From contig CAWILT010000002.1 in the NCBI GenBank assembly GCA_963837025.1, positions 422,554-486,553 on the forward strand: a stretch of 64,000 nt of DNA, given 5' to 3'. A program made the translations under genes and the position numbers. This document shows, piece by piece, positions 9,538-25,471 of the stretch; the first letter of the stretch is position 1; every line of letters begins with the position of its first letter. This DNA is from an uncultured Alphaproteobacteria bacterium (GTDB taxonomy: Bacteria > Pseudomonadota > Alphaproteobacteria > Rickettsiales > JALZUV01). The notes beneath the pieces were generated by a model that saw only the letters and a list, made by a program, of their open reading frames with translations, was not told the DNA's origin and did no database searches.

Positions 9538-10701
9538 ATGCCTGAAAAGCACATGCCAGAAACCTGCAATGCCGCCCTTCTCTTAGCGGATGGCTCAGTG
9601 TTTTTCGGTTATGGCATTGGCGCAAAAGGCACTACACTCGGCGAGATTTGTTTCAATACCAGCATGACTGGCTTTCAAGAAATTTTAACCGATTTATCTT
9701 ATGCTGGCCAAATTGTTACTTTTACCACACCGCATATCGGTAATACTGGAACCAACGACGAAGATAGCGAATCGCTAAAACCTGCTTGCCGCGGCTTAAT
9801 TTTACGCGAAATTCCGTCAGAGCCTTCAAGCTTTCGCAATACTGAAACCTTTACTTACTGGTTGCGTCGTCACGAAATCACCGGCATTGCTGGCATTGAT
9901 ACACGCGCACTCACCCGCCATATCCGCAAAAAAGGCGCGCAAAATGCGCTCATCTGGCACGGCGAGGTTGGCGATAGCCTACCATTAGACCAACTGAAAA
10001 CTAAACTTGCCGAGCATCCGCCTCTAACAGGATTAGATCTCGCTAAAGAAGTTTCAACCACCGAATCAGCGCCGTGGCGTCAAACGCGTTGGAGTTTAAA
10101 AAATGGTCTAGCTGATCAAAATAACGATACAGGACTGCATGTGGTGGCCATTGATTATGGCCAAAAACGCAATATCGCTCGCTCTCTCGTGGCGCATGGC
10201 TGTCGTGTCACCATCGTGCCGGCAAGCTATAGCGCATCCGACATTATGGCCTATGAACCCGATGGCGTTTTCCTATCTAACGGCCCAGCTGATCCCGCAG
10301 CAACCGCTGAACTCGTCGTGCCGACCTTACAAAAACTGTTGCATGATAACGTGCCTATTTTCGGTATTTGCCTTGGCCATCAACTTTTGGCTATCGCCAT
10401 GGGTGCCGAAACCGAAAAGATGCATCAAGGCCATCGCGGCGCGAACCATCCGGTAAAGAATTTGCTGAATGGCAAAGTTGAAATTACCAGCCAAAATCAT
10501 GGCTTTGTCGTGCGCTCAGGTAGCGTTCCCAAAGATGTTGAAGTAACGCACCGCTCATTATTCGATGGCTCAATCGAAGGTCTGCGCCACAAAACCAAAC
10601 CCGCTTTCAGCGTGCAATATCACCCCGAATCCTCCCCAGGCCCCCACGACTCACGCTACCTGTTCGACGATTTCGTAAAACTGATGAGGGACCATGCCTA
10701 G
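9538..10701 (+). CDS. carA: carbamoyl-phosphate synthase small (glutaminase) subunit
   Basis: CPSase small-chain N-domain plus a GATase1 domain with GICLGHQLL and the HGF/HPE triad context. Confidence 0.95.
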   Translation: MPEKHMPETCNAALLLADGSVFFGYGIGAKGTTLGEICFNTSMTGFQEILTDLSYAGQIVTFTTPHIGNTGTNDEDSESLKPACRGLILREIPSEPSSFRNTETFTYWLRRHEITGIAGIDTRALTRHIRKKGAQNALIWHGEVGDSLPLDQLKTKLAEHPPLTGLDLAKEVSTTESAPWRQTRWSLKNGLADQNNDTGLHVVAIDYGQKRNIARSLVAHGCRVTIVPASYSASDIMAYEPDGVFLSNGPADPAATAELVVPTLQKLLHDNVPIFGICLGHQLLAIAMGAETEKMHQGHRGANHPVKNLLNGKVEITSQNHGFVVRSGSVPKDVEVTHRSLFDGSIEGLRHKTKPAFSVQYHPESSPGPHDSRYLFDDFVKLMRDHA

Positions 10702-13700
10702 ACGCGATGATATAAAATCTATTTTGATTATAGGGGCAGGGCCGATTATTATTGGTCAGGCGTGTGAGTTTGATTATTCGGGCACGCAAGCGGTGAAAAC
10801 CCTTCGCGAAGAAGGCTATCGTGTCATTCTTGTTAATTCAAATCCCGCCACCATAATGACTGACCCGGATCTGGCCGATGCTACCTATATTGAGCCGATT
10901 AATGTTGAGATGGTAACTAAGGTAATTGAGGCTGAACGCCCTGATGCGCTATTGCCAACCATGGGCGGCCAAACCGCATTGAATTGCGCGATTCAGCTAG
11001 CCGAAAAAGGGGTGCTTAAAAAATATAATGTCGAGCTTATTGGCGCTAAGTTGGATGCCATAGATAAAGCCGAAAACCGTCACCGCTTCAATAAAGCGAT
11101 GGAAAAAATCGGCCTTGAAACGCCGCGTTATGCCGTTGTGCATTCGTTGGAAGAAGCGCAACAACATCTTGATTTTGTAGGTTTGCCTGCTATTATCCGC
11201 CCCAGCTTTACCATGGGCGGAACCGGCGGCGGCATCGCTTATAATAAAAAAGAATTTGATGAAATTGTAAGCAACGGGCTTGATGCTTCACCCACCCACG
11301 AAGTATTGATTGATCAATCCGTGTTGGGTTGGAAAGAATATGAGATGGAGGTTGTGCGCGACCATGTTGATAATTGCATTATCATCTGCGCCATTGAAAA
11401 TATTGATCCGATGGGCGTGCATACCGGCGATTCGATTACCGTAGCACCAGCGCTAACCCTTACCGATAAAGAATATCAAATTATGCGTGACGCCAGCCTC
11501 GCTGTTTTGCGCGAAATTGGCGTAGAAACAGGCGGCTCTAACGTTCAATTTGCCATCAACCCCGATGATGGACGCATGGTGGTGATTGAGATGAACCCGC
11601 GCGTATCGCGTTCCTCAGCGTTAGCATCGAAAGCCACCGGCTTCCCCATTGCCAAGGTGGCGGCCAAACTAGCGGTGGGATATCGTTTAGACGAAATTAC
11701 CAACGATATTACCCAAGCCACACCGGCATCATTCGAACCCAGTATCGACTATGTCGTTACAAAAATTCCACGCTTTGCGTTTGAAAAATTTGAAGGTGCA
11801 AGCCAAGTGCTTAATACCGCCATGCATTCGGTGGGCGAAGCGATGGCTATTGGCCGCAACTTCCCCGAAAGTTTGCAAAAAGCCTATCGTTCGCTCGAAA
11901 CCGGTTTGCATGGTTTTGACGAAATTGCTTTAGATACGCAAGATGGCGATGTGGCATTAGATTCGTTGCGCGCTGCCATTTCAAAACCAACGCCGATTCG
12001 CTTGCTGCAAGTAGGCCAAGCCATGCGTCTAGGTATGACGATTGATGAAGTTTATCAAATCACCAAAATTGACAAGTGGTTTTTGCGCCAAATCATGCGC
12101 ATTATTAATGCTGAAAAGCAAGTGCGCGAACATGGGTTGCCCATGAATGCCACCAAATTAATTGAACTGAAAAAACTCGGTTTTTCCGATGAACAACTCG
12201 CCACCTTCGCTGGAAAAATTGCGCCTGAAGTAACTGCCATTCGCCAAAAACTTGGCGTGAATCCCGTTTTCAAACGCATTGATACCTGCGCCGCTGAATT
12301 TGAGGCTCTCACCCCTTATATGTATTCTACCTATGAAGGTGATGGTGTAACGCCAGCTGAAAATGAGGCTGATGTAAGCGATCGTAATAAAGTCATCATC
12401 CTAGGCGGTGGCCCTAACCGTATTGGCCAAGGCATTGAATTTGATTATTGCTGTGTGCATGCATGTTATGCACTGCGCGAAGCCGGTTTAGAAACCATCA
12501 TGATTAACTGTAATCCTGAAACGGTTTCAACGGATTATGATACGTCTGACCGCTTGTATTTTGAGCCTTTAAGCGAAGAAGATGTGATTGCTGTTATTCG
12601 CTGTGAACAGGAAAAAGGCTATTTACGCGGAGTTATCGTGCAATTTGGTGGGCAAACGCCACTAAAATTGGCAGGCGCATTAGAGCGTGAAGGTATTCCC
12701 ATTATCGGCACCTCGCCCGATTCGATTGATTTAGCCGAAGATAGAGAGCGCTTTCAAAAACTGCTTTATTCGTTAGGGCTTCGCCAGCCGCCCAACCAAA
12801 TTTGCCATAATCATAGTGATGCGTTGGAACAGGCAGCGATGTTGGGTTATCCATTGGTTGTGCGCCCATCTTATGTTTTGGGTGGCCGTGCCATGCAAAT
12901 TATTCACACACCCGAAGCGCTGAAAAAATATATCGGCACCATTGCTAATATGTTTGGTGAAGGCCCCATTTTGCTTGATAGCTATTTAAGCAATGCGATT
13001 GAAGTGGATGTGGATGCGTTGTGCGACGGTAAAAGTGTTTATGTTACGGGCATTTTAGAGCATATTGAAGAAGCAGGCATTCACTCCGGCGACTCCACCT
13101 GTGCACTGCCGCCACATACACTCTCTGATGATATTCAAGCCGAAATCCGTAGCCAAACGGTGGCATTGGCCAAAGCGTTAAACGTGATTGGCTTAATGAA
13201 TGTGCAATTTGCCATTCAAGATGGCGACATTTTTATTTTAGAAGTAAATCCGCGTGCCAGCCGCACGGTTCCGTTCATTGCCAAAGCGACAGGCATTCCG
13301 ATTGCCAAAATCGCCGCGCGTTTAATGGTGGGTGAACGCTTGAGTGATTTTGGATTAGAAAATAGCTTAGCCGATGCGAAAAAGATTAAACATTCAGCCG
13401 TAAAAGAAGCGGTATTCCCCTTCGCACGCTTCCCTGGTGTTGATGTTATTTTGGGCCCCGAAATGCGTTCAACCGGCGAATCGATGGGGCTAGATATGGC
13501 TTTTCCACAAGCCCGTGCTAAAGCACATTTAGCCGCTAATCTGCCGCTACCATTAGAAGGTACGGTATTTGTTTCCGTCAAAGAATCGGATAAGCAAGCA
13601 ATTGCACCGGCCATTGAAAAATTGATGATGCTTGGCTTTAATGTGGTTGCTACTGCTGGCACGGCAAAATTCTTGCAAGAATATGGCTTAAGCCAAGTCA

Positions 13701-13957
13701 AGCAAGTGAACAAGGTGCTACAAGGCCGCCCTCATATTGTGGATATGATGATTGATGATGGTATAAACTTAGTGCTCAATACCACCGAAGGCGCGCAATC
13801 AATAAAAGATAGTTTCAGCATTCGCCGCACAGCACTCATGCGTAAAATTCCTTATAGTACTACGGTTTCAGGATCGTTCGCGTTAGTCGAGGCGATTGAG
13901 GCAGCGCAGGCAAAAGGCGGATTAAAGGTTAAATCACTGCAATCTTATTTTGCTTAA
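10694..13957 (+). CDS. carB: carbamoyl-phosphate synthase large subunit
   Basis: 1087 aa with duplicated ATP-grasp halves ([22 protein letters not shown] ... [21 protein letters not shown]) and a C-terminal MGS-like domain. Confidence 0.97.
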   Translation: MPRRDDIKSILIIGAGPIIIGQACEFDYSGTQAVKTLREEGYRVILVNSNPATIMTDPDLADATYIEPINVEMVTKVIEAERPDALLPTMGGQTALNCAIQLAEKGVLKKYNVELIGAKLDAIDKAENRHRFNKAMEKIGLETPRYAVVHSLEEAQQHLDFVGLPAIIRPSFTMGGTGGGIAYNKKEFDEIVSNGLDASPTHEVLIDQSVLGWKEYEMEVVRDHVDNCIIICAIENIDPMGVHTGDSITVAPALTLTDKEYQIMRDASLAVLREIGVETGGSNVQFAINPDDGRMVVIEMNPRVSRSSALASKATGFPIAKVAAKLAVGYRLDEITNDITQATPASFEPSIDYVVTKIPRFAFEKFEGASQVLNTAMHSVGEAMAIGRNFPESLQKAYRSLETGLHGFDEIALDTQDGDVALDSLRAAISKPTPIRLLQVGQAMRLGMTIDEVYQITKIDKWFLRQIMRIINAEKQVREHGLPMNATKLIELKKLGFSDEQLATFAGKIAPEVTAIRQKLGVNPVFKRIDTCAAEFEALTPYMYSTYEGDGVTPAENEADVSDRNKVIILGGGPNRIGQGIEFDYCCVHACYALREAGLETIMINCNPETVSTDYDTSDRLYFEPLSEEDVIAVIRCEQEKGYLRGVIVQFGGQTPLKLAGALEREGIPIIGTSPDSIDLAEDRERFQKLLYSLGLRQPPNQICHNHSDALEQAAMLGYPLVVRPSYVLGGRAMQIIHTPEALKKYIGTIANMFGEGPILLDSYLSNAIEVDVDALCDGKSVYVTGILEHIEEAGIHSGDSTCALPPHTLSDDIQAEIRSQTVALAKALNVIGLMNVQFAIQDGDIFILEVNPRASRTVPFIAKATGIPIAKIAARLMVGERLSDFGLENSLADAKKIKHSAVKEAVFPFARFPGVDVILGPEMRSTGESMGLDMAFPQARAKAHLAANLPLPLEGTVFVSVKESDKQAIAPAIEKLMMLGFNVVATAGTAKFLQEYGLSQVKQVNKVLQGRPHIVDMMIDDGINLVLNTTEGAQSIKDSFSIRRTALMRKIPYSTTVSGSFALVEAIEAAQAKGGLKVKSLQSYFA

Positions 13958-14169
13958 TAAGCCATCTGGCGCTGGTGTAATACACGGTTTTGAAATTCAT
14001 TTTTGGTAATGGCTTTGCCTTTTCGCATGACAACATAGGCTTCACATGGACGAAACCCGTCACCGGTAAAATATCCTTCAGCCCGCACACAATCTGCTGT
14101 TTTCGCATCAAACGTGAGGCGATATAGCGTATCATCATAAGTATAAAATTCATAAAAAATATTGCTCAT
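13954..14169 (-). CDS. hypothetical small protein (71 aa)
   Basis: This ORF lies 6 nt (14170-14175) downstream of the 678-aa ORF on the same strand, suggesting an operon. I recognise no family. A competing 74-aa ORF in another frame (13929..14153) is less well placed. Confidence 0.45.
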   Translation of the reverse strand: MSNIFYEFYTYDDTLYRLTFDAKTADCVRAEGYFTGDGFRPCEAYVVMRKGKAITKNEFQNRVLHQRQMAY

Positions 14170-14175
14170 AAACCG

Positions 14176-16182
14176 CTACTTTTGCCTGCTTTTTTTTGCG
14201 TGTGCTAAGGCATCGGCAGCGCGCTGGCGATAATCATTTTCTAACGTTTCAACCATCGTTAGATCATCAGCAGTAAATTGCCCAATGCCTTTTTCATCCA
14301 ATAATTTAGGGCCGTGTTCTGCAAATAAATTTTTCAAACTTTTATATTCATTATTTAGTTGTGATTTACGAATTAGATTATCGCATGAATCAATTTTAGT
14401 TTTTTTCTCATCAAGCATTTCATTAAATTTATAATAAAATAATGCGGCCATTGAAGGCGATGCATTATCGCGCACCGACTCAAATCGAATGGTGGTTTCT
14501 GCATCTACAATTTTATCATGTGCGACGCGCATAAAATCAGGGTGCGCGACAATTTTACGCGAGAAACTTTTAATATTTTCAAGCTGTATCATTGCTTCAT
14601 CGCTATATTTTTCGGGCGTTGAAAGCAACACATCAATGGTTCTATCTACGCGTTGCGAAAAAGCCTCGCGAGCCTTAACATCCTCAATTAAACTAGGATT
14701 TAGCTCGCCTCGTTCCCCCTTATAAAGCTCGCGCGCTAACTCGTAAAGCGGGTGGCAAAGTGGCTCTGCTTTAGAAACCGAAAGTGGATCTGATTTTGTT
14801 TCGCCAAATAATCCTATTCCCGGCTCATCCACACGCTTAGCGCTTGATATCCAGTTTAATGTGCCAGTGCCAACCATGCGCAACCCTTTATCGCCGGTTT
14901 TATCTCGCGTAATTAATGTATTTTCCCACCCTAGTTTAGGTTCAATCTCGGCTTTAACGCGATTATAAAAATACAAGGATGCCGCGTTTGAAAATACGGG
15001 ATTAATACGACTCAAATCACGCATTTTATTCCAGTTTGCGTCTTTCTCATCAAATAATTTATCAATCGTGCGCTTCCACGATTTAATGCCATTTTCATTG
15101 ATTTTAACGCCCGGAATATTCTCGCGATAAGCAGGGTTTGGTGCCACATCAATCATTTGCCAAAGCCGGTTGCGCACCTCCCGCGTTTTTAAAATCGCTG
15201 GATGATGCTTGCTGGCTAAGTTACGATAATTCTCACTTAAATCATTTACTTTTGGGAATGTTACTAAATTTAAATCAGCTAGAATGATATTTATTTGGCT
15301 ATCTTGTTTTGGTAGTCGGCTCTCAATACCATTACGAAATAATTCAATTTCCGATAAGCGGTTCTTTACCAATGATTCTAACGAATCAATCGCCACAATT
15401 TGGTCTGCATTATGCAGACCTTCATAATTTTGCGCTAAATCGTTCACTTTAATTTGTAAATCCATCAAATTAGATTGGTAATGATTGACGGCCGCAGTTT
15501 GTGCCTTACGCGATTCTTGAAATAACTGTAAACTAGCAGGCAATATAGCCGGATCTTCTAACGGTAGTTTTAAAACCCAGGTTTCAATTTCGCGGCGCAA
15601 ATCATAACTAGCTTGTGGCGATTTATCGCGCAAGGTGGCTTCAATGAAAGGCATTAATTCTGTCGCCATGCCTTTAGAAAAACCTTTCACCATATCCGCA
15701 TCTAACAACACACTAATGGTGTCATTTAATACAGCGACAGCGCTTTCATAATGGGTTATCTCTTCATTTTGATCTAACCGCATCAATAAACCTTCAGCAA
15801 GTGAAACGGCATTGGCGGTGGCGACGTTCACGCGAATTAACTCCTCTTGAACAATATTGCCATGATGTAAATAAAACTCTAAACCTTCAAAACTTTCACG
15901 CGTTTTACGATCAACAAATTGCGGGTTAAGTTGTAATTCATCTGGCTGTTGTTGTAGCCAATCCTCTAAGCGCGCATGTAAATGTTTAAACGGCGCGCTA
16001 TTATCTTTAATCGCAGCAAGCGTTTTGGGCTGCTTTAACTTATGAAAAAGCCCCAGCTCAGACCAAATCTCGTCATCTGGGCGAAATAACTCTTCACCTA
16101 TCACATCAAATTCCATCTGCACAGTATAGGAATAAAATGTTACTGATTGATGAAGATTTAAAAATTGAGTAGCATAAGGCAT
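14176..16182 (-). CDS. large hypothetical protein (about 650-680 aa); predicted soluble and helical, no recognisable domain
   Basis: Long uninterrupted ORF. The longest form starts at a TTG at 16212. ATG candidates are at 16182 (Met11) and 16116 (Met33). I saw no signal peptide, TM helix, P-loop or other familiar motif. Confidence 0.7.
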   Translation of the reverse strand: MPYATQFLNLHQSVTFYSYTVQMEFDVIGEELFRPDDEIWSELGLFHKLKQPKTLAAIKDNSAPFKHLHARLEDWLQQQPDELQLNPQFVDRKTRESFEGLEFYLHHGNIVQEELIRVNVATANAVSLAEGLLMRLDQNEEITHYESAVAVLNDTISVLLDADMVKGFSKGMATELMPFIEATLRDKSPQASYDLRREIETWVLKLPLEDPAILPASLQLFQESRKAQTAAVNHYQSNLMDLQIKVNDLAQNYEGLHNADQIVAIDSLESLVKNRLSEIELFRNGIESRLPKQDSQINIILADLNLVTFPKVNDLSENYRNLASKHHPAILKTREVRNRLWQMIDVAPNPAYRENIPGVKINENGIKSWKRTIDKLFDEKDANWNKMRDLSRINPVFSNAASLYFYNRVKAEIEPKLGWENTLITRDKTGDKGLRMVGTGTLNWISSAKRVDEPGIGLFGETKSDPLSVSKAEPLCHPLYELARELYKGERGELNPSLIEDVKAREAFSQRVDRTIDVLLSTPEKYSDEAMIQLENIKSFSRKIVAHPDFMRVAHDKIVDAETTIRFESVRDNASPSMAALFYYKFNEMLDEKKTKIDSCDNLIRKSQLNNEYKSLKNLFAEHGPKLLDEKGIGQFTADDLTMVETLENDYRQRAADALAHAKKSRQK

Positions 16183-16471
16183 GACCGAACTCGAAGTAAT
16201 TGATATAGCCAAAGATGCTTTATGGATATTGCTTATAGCGGGTGCTCCCGTGATGGCCTTGGCAATGGGAGTTGGCTTACTGATTGCGCTTTTTCAAGCA
16301 CTCACCCAAATTCAGGAAATGACCCTTACTTTTGTGCCTAAAATTATTGCTGTTTTTTTAGGTTTAATGGTTTTCTTGCCATTCATGTTTTCTACATTAG
16401 AGGATTTTACCATGCGCATGTTTGAACGTATGACCCAAGTGGGCCAGTTTGACAGCGATTTAGAGCAATAA
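16181..16471 (+). CDS. fliQ: flagellar export apparatus protein FliQ
   Basis: About 90 aa with two TM helices and the FliQ/EscS pattern (A...I..AGP....A...GL.I...QA.TQIQE.TL.FVPK). fliR follows. Confidence 0.85.
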   Translation: MTELEVIDIAKDALWILLIAGAPVMALAMGVGLLIALFQALTQIQEMTLTFVPKIIAVFLGLMVFLPFMFSTLEDFTMRMFERMTQVGQFDSDLEQ

Positions 16472-16475
16472 ACCC

Positions 16476-17240
16476 ATGAGCCTAGAGCAGTTTTTAGTCG
16501 GAGAATTATTCGCTTTTCTGCTCATTTTTGTACGTATTGGCTCAGGCATTATGGTAATGCCTGGTATTGGTGAAAGCTACGTAACTACGCGTGTACGCTT
16601 GGCTTTTGCACTTATAGTATCTCTCGCGCTATTGCCCCTGTTAAAACCGATAATGCCACAAATTCCTTCCAGCCCATTCGCTTTGGGGTTACTCATGTTT
16701 GGCGAAGTGGGCGTGGGATTATTTTTTGGCCTAATGGCGCGCGTTATTGTTTCGGCCATGCATACGGTGGGTATGGTAATGTCGTTTCAATCATCGCTTG
16801 CATCAGCAACCATGTTTGATGTGTCGCAGGCCAGCCAAGGTTCTGCTATTGGTAACTTTTTAAGTATTACCGCTGTATTGCTTATTTTTGTCACCGATAT
16901 GCATCATCTAATGTTGCAAGGCTTGGTTGATAGTTACAGCTTATTCATTCCCGGTGCAGCATTTCCGATTGGTGATATGGCCAATAACTATACACGGCTT
17001 GTATCGGACGTCTTTAACGTATCTATCAAGCTAGCATCCCCCCTTATCGCTATGGGGTTAATTCTATATTTAGGCGCTGGTGTTTTGGCGCGCTTAATGC
17101 CTAACATGCAGATATTTTTTGTAATTATTCCATTACAAATTCAGGTGAGTTTTTGGGTCATCATGATCACCATGAGCGGAATGTTCTTATGGTATCTTGA
17201 TTTTGTAGAAGAGCGCTTAAGTGCTTTTTTGGGTGCTTAA
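16476..17240 (+). CDS. fliR: flagellar export apparatus protein FliR
   Basis: 254-aa polytopic membrane protein with FliR-type sequence (F.L.F.RI......MPG.GE). It lies directly after fliQ. Confidence 0.85.
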   Translation: MSLEQFLVGELFAFLLIFVRIGSGIMVMPGIGESYVTTRVRLAFALIVSLALLPLLKPIMPQIPSSPFALGLLMFGEVGVGLFFGLMARVIVSAMHTVGMVMSFQSSLASATMFDVSQASQGSAIGNFLSITAVLLIFVTDMHHLMLQGLVDSYSLFIPGAAFPIGDMANNYTRLVSDVFNVSIKLASPLIAMGLILYLGAGVLARLMPNMQIFFVIIPLQIQVSFWVIMITMSGMFLWYLDFVEERLSAFLGA

Positions 17241-17259
17241 ACAAATAAACAGCCAAAAA

Positions 17260-19035
17260 CTAGAGTTGTTTGCAGCGTTCCTTTAACCAGCTTCGCACAT
17301 CAGCCGGTAAGCGCTTATGCAAATTTTCATACACCCACACATGATAACGGTTCCACCATTGTATCTCTTCATTGGTCAGCATATCGCGTACCACTAAAGC
17401 CCGCTCTAATGGCGCGCAGGTAAGCGTTTCAAACCGCAAAAAATCCGATGATTCAACCGGCACAATTTCCACCAAATTTTCAATGCGAATGCCATATTCA
17501 CCCGTTTTATAATAGCCCGGCTCGTTTGATAATATCATGCCGGCCTGCAAAGCGGTGCCATTGCTGCGCTTGCTGATGGATTGCGGGCCTTCATGCACCC
17601 CCATATAGCAACCAACGCCATGACTTGTGCCATGATCGTAATCCAAGCCTGCTTTCCATAAGGGTAGCCGCGCCAGCGAATCCAACTGGTTGCCATTCGT
17701 GCCTTTCGGGAAATGTGCCATGCTAATTGCAATATGGCCTTGCAACACGCGCGTATAATTTTGCTGCATTTCTTCGCTGGGTTTTCCAATTGCCAGCGTG
17801 CGGGTCACATCGGTGGTGCCCCCTAAATATTGCCCACCCGAATCCACTAAATACAAGCCATTCTCACTAAATTTTAGGCAATCTTCAGCTTTTGCACGGT
17901 AATGCACAATCGCCCCATTTTCACTAAAGCCTGAAATGGTTGGAAAACTCGCTTCGGTAAATTCAGGCGATTGTGCACGAAAAGCTTCAAGCTTATCCGC
18001 CGCAAGCACTTCATCCAATGATTGATTCGTTGTATCTACCCAATGCAAAAATTGCGTGAGTGCCACACCATCGGTAAAATGCGCTTGGCGAATATGATCA
18101 AGCTCGGTCGCGTTCTTAATGGCTTTTGGCAATGTACATGGATCAATCTGATCGTAAATTTCAGTGCCGCTAATGCGTAAAGCTTGTTTTAATTTATAGG
18201 GTGTCGCTGATGACTGAACCCACATTTGCTTGCCCGAAAAAGTTTCGCAATCAGCTAACAACTCGCTCTCATCACGTAAGTTAATACCTTTGGCCAATGC
18301 TGCCGGAACCTTTTGCTTAGGCGCATATAAAGTCACCTCACCCGACTGGTGCACAATGGCGCGACACAGTAAAATGGGCGTATGTTCAATATCATGCCCA
18401 CGAATATTGAGCAGCCAATTAACCGATTCAGGCTGGCACAGCAAAATAGCATCGCATTCATACTGCGCTAATTGATGACATAATTGCTGAATTTTATCCG
18501 TTCTGGACTGGCCTGCATAAGTTAGTGGATAATCAAATGCTTTGGCGTTAGTAGGTTCAGGCCGATCATCCCAAACAGTGTAAAATGGATTAGGCTCTGC
18601 AGGCACCCACAATAAATTTCGGGCATTTTCTTTCCATTTTCGTAAAGTCGCTATGGATATTAGCCAAGGATCAAACCCAATCGTTTCACCCGCAGCATTT
18701 TGTTTAATCCATTCAAGCGGTGTAATCTGCGAACTATTGTGAATTTCGTAGAGGTTCGAATCCACTTCCTTTTGCGCTTGCAATGTATAGCGTCCATCGG
18801 TGAAAAACGCGCTGCGTTGCGGCTGCGGATGATCCAAAATTACCACTGTTCCGGCGGATCCGGTAAAGCCAGTCAACCATTCCAACCGTTTTTCATGTTC
18901 AGGTGGATACTCACTAAAAAACGCATCCCCGTTGGATAAAATAAACCCATCTAACCCTTCTTCGCGTAGAGTTTTTCGGATGGCTTCTAAACGTTCGTGA
19001 TGTATAGTATGGGTCATGATGCGTATTTTACTCAC
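17260..19035 (-). CDS. pepP: aminopeptidase P family (M24B Xaa-Pro aminopeptidase)
   Basis: Creatinase/prolidase N-domains plus the M24 catalytic domain (DSGGQY..GTTDVTRT, HGTSHGVG, NEPGYY, GIRIEN). An alternative start is at 19017. Confidence 0.85.
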   Translation of the reverse strand: MSKIRIMTHTIHHERLEAIRKTLREEGLDGFILSNGDAFFSEYPPEHEKRLEWLTGFTGSAGTVVILDHPQPQRSAFFTDGRYTLQAQKEVDSNLYEIHNSSQITPLEWIKQNAAGETIGFDPWLISIATLRKWKENARNLLWVPAEPNPFYTVWDDRPEPTNAKAFDYPLTYAGQSRTDKIQQLCHQLAQYECDAILLCQPESVNWLLNIRGHDIEHTPILLCRAIVHQSGEVTLYAPKQKVPAALAKGINLRDESELLADCETFSGKQMWVQSSATPYKLKQALRISGTEIYDQIDPCTLPKAIKNATELDHIRQAHFTDGVALTQFLHWVDTTNQSLDEVLAADKLEAFRAQSPEFTEASFPTISGFSENGAIVHYRAKAEDCLKFSENGLYLVDSGGQYLGGTTDVTRTLAIGKPSEEMQQNYTRVLQGHIAISMAHFPKGTNGNQLDSLARLPLWKAGLDYDHGTSHGVGCYMGVHEGPQSISKRSNGTALQAGMILSNEPGYYKTGEYGIRIENLVEIVPVESSDFLRFETLTCAPLERALVVRDMLTNEEIQWWNRYHVWVYENLHKRLPADVRSWLKERCKQL

Positions 19036-20004
19036 CTTGCTGTTACTCTGCTTTACTTATCCTGCTTTCGCGCAGACACAAAGCCCAATTGTGATTATTT
19101 ACAATAATGGCGACAATAAAACCGATCAGGCATTTATCGAAATGGCGCGCATTGGGGCTGAACGTGCACAAACCGAACTGGGTGTTGAATATAGCGAACA
19201 TCGGTTAAAAGAGAATGAAAATCGTACATCCGTGTTCGAACGCTACGCACGTAACGGAACTAAACTCATCATAGGGCTAGGCTTTCAAAATGTAAGCACG
19301 ATTAGTAGCTTGGCTGATAAATACCCACAAACAAATTTCACCATTATTGATGGTTTTATTCCGCCCATATTTACCAATGTGCAATCTTATATTTTTCGCG
19401 ATAATGAGGGTGCATTCCTAGTGGGCATGGTGGCTGCTTTACATAGTAAAACAGGCACAATCGGGTTTATTGGTGGCATGGATGCCCCAGTTATTCGCAA
19501 CTTTGCTTACGGCTATAAACAAGGCGCAAAATATGTGAATCCTGAAATTAAAATTCAACAACATATGATTGGCAAAACCGAAAGTGCGTTTAGTAATCCT
19601 GAAGTCGCTGCCAAACTTGCTCAGGAACAAATTAACAATGGTGCCGATATTATTTTTGCCGCCGCTGGTGGCAGCTCGCTTGGGGCGCAAAAAACCGCTG
19701 CTAACTATCCGCATGTTTATGCGATTGGGGTCGATACCAATCAGAACAGTAATTTCCCTGGCACAATACTTACATCGCTGGTCAAACGAGTCGATAAAGC
19801 CGTTTACACCGCAATGAAGGAAAATAATCTCAATACGTGGAAATCGGGCGTGCAATATTTAGGCATCAAGGAAGGCGCATTAGACTATGCCGTTGATGTG
19901 CATAATCGTAATCTTATTACAAAAAGCACCGTAGATAGGGTGGAAAAAACGAAAGACTTTATTATTCGCGGCTTAGTCAATATCGATGTTTATAAAGAGA
20001 ATAA

Positions 20005-20008
<4 letters not shown>
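19016..20008 (+). CDS. BMP-family (Med/PnrA-like) substrate-binding protein with a signal peptide
   Basis: Signal peptide MMRILLTLLLLCFTYPAFA. BMP-family motifs are present (GFIGGM..P.I..F..GY..GA, FAAAGGSSLGA). Confidence 0.7.
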
Positions 20009-24580
<4,572 letters not shown>

Positions 24581-24588
24581 ACGCCGCC

Positions 24589-25395
24589 CTAAAACAAACT
24601 ATCGAAGAAGCCCTTGCTTTGCGAAGATTCTGCCGAGCCATCAGCGCCAAGCAGTTTATAGCTATCTTTATACCATTCACTCGTCGGATAATTATGGCCA
24701 AGAACAGCGGCATAATTGCGCGCTTCTTCGGTAATACCCAACTCAAGATAGAGTTCAACCATACGATGTAGGGCTTCAGGCACATGGCTTGTTCCTTGAT
24801 AATCCTCTACCACACGGCGGAAGCGTTTAATCGCGGCTAAATATTCCTTGCGGCTAATATAATAACGCCCAATTTCCATTTCTTTACCCGCTAAATGATC
24901 GATGGTGAGATCTTTTTTAAGTTCCGCATCGCGCGCATAGGTGGATTGGGGAAAACGCCGAATCACTTCATTTAACGCAACCAACGCATTCTTCGTCATC
25001 GATTGATCGCGACCCACATCCGTTATTTGTTCGTAATTGGAAAGGGCGATAAGATAATAAGCATAGTCCACCTCTTCATCACCTGGGTAAAGCTGAACAT
25101 AACGGTCTAAAATTGCTATAGCTTCCGCATAATCTTGATTTTTATAATTAGCATAGGCGTTTAGCATTTGCGCTTTTTTCGCCCAAACAGAATAAGGGTG
25201 CTGGCGTTCAACTTCTTCAAATTCTACTTTAGCCGCTTTCCAGTCACTTTCATTTAATGAATCCAGCGCTTTGTTATAAAGCTCATCGACCGGTTCAATC
25301 TTTTCAACTTCAGCAAGTTTCGCTTCATCCGCGCTGTCACTACAGCCCGATAGCGCCAAAAAAGAAAGAGTAAAAAGGATAAGTCGCAAAGCCAT
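24589..25395 (-). CDS. bamD: outer membrane protein assembly factor BamD
   Basis: Lipobox LALSGC, TPR-like BamD/YfiO sequence, and the conserved position between lpxC and recN. Confidence 0.85.
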   Translation of the reverse strand: MALRLILFTLSFLALSGCSDSADEAKLAEVEKIEPVDELYNKALDSLNESDWKAAKVEFEEVERQHPYSVWAKKAQMLNAYANYKNQDYAEAIAILDRYVQLYPGDEEVDYAYYLIALSNYEQITDVGRDQSMTKNALVALNEVIRRFPQSTYARDAELKKDLTIDHLAGKEMEIGRYYISRKEYLAAIKRFRRVVEDYQGTSHVPEALHRMVELYLELGITEEARNYAAVLGHNYPTSEWYKDSYKLLGADGSAESSQSKGFFDSLF

Positions 25396-25471
25396 GCAGC
25401 GGTTATATCAAGTAAAAACCTGCTTGGAAAGCCTGATTAAATCTTAAAACTATGTTTTACACTTATTCAAC

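Noticed and set aside
13929-14153. A 74-aa alternative-frame ORF overlapping the 71-aa ORF.
   Set aside because: It extends 29 nt into the carB 3' end (13929-13957) and is not positioned for coupling with the upstream 678-aa gene. The 13954..14169 frame is preferred, though neither is proven.
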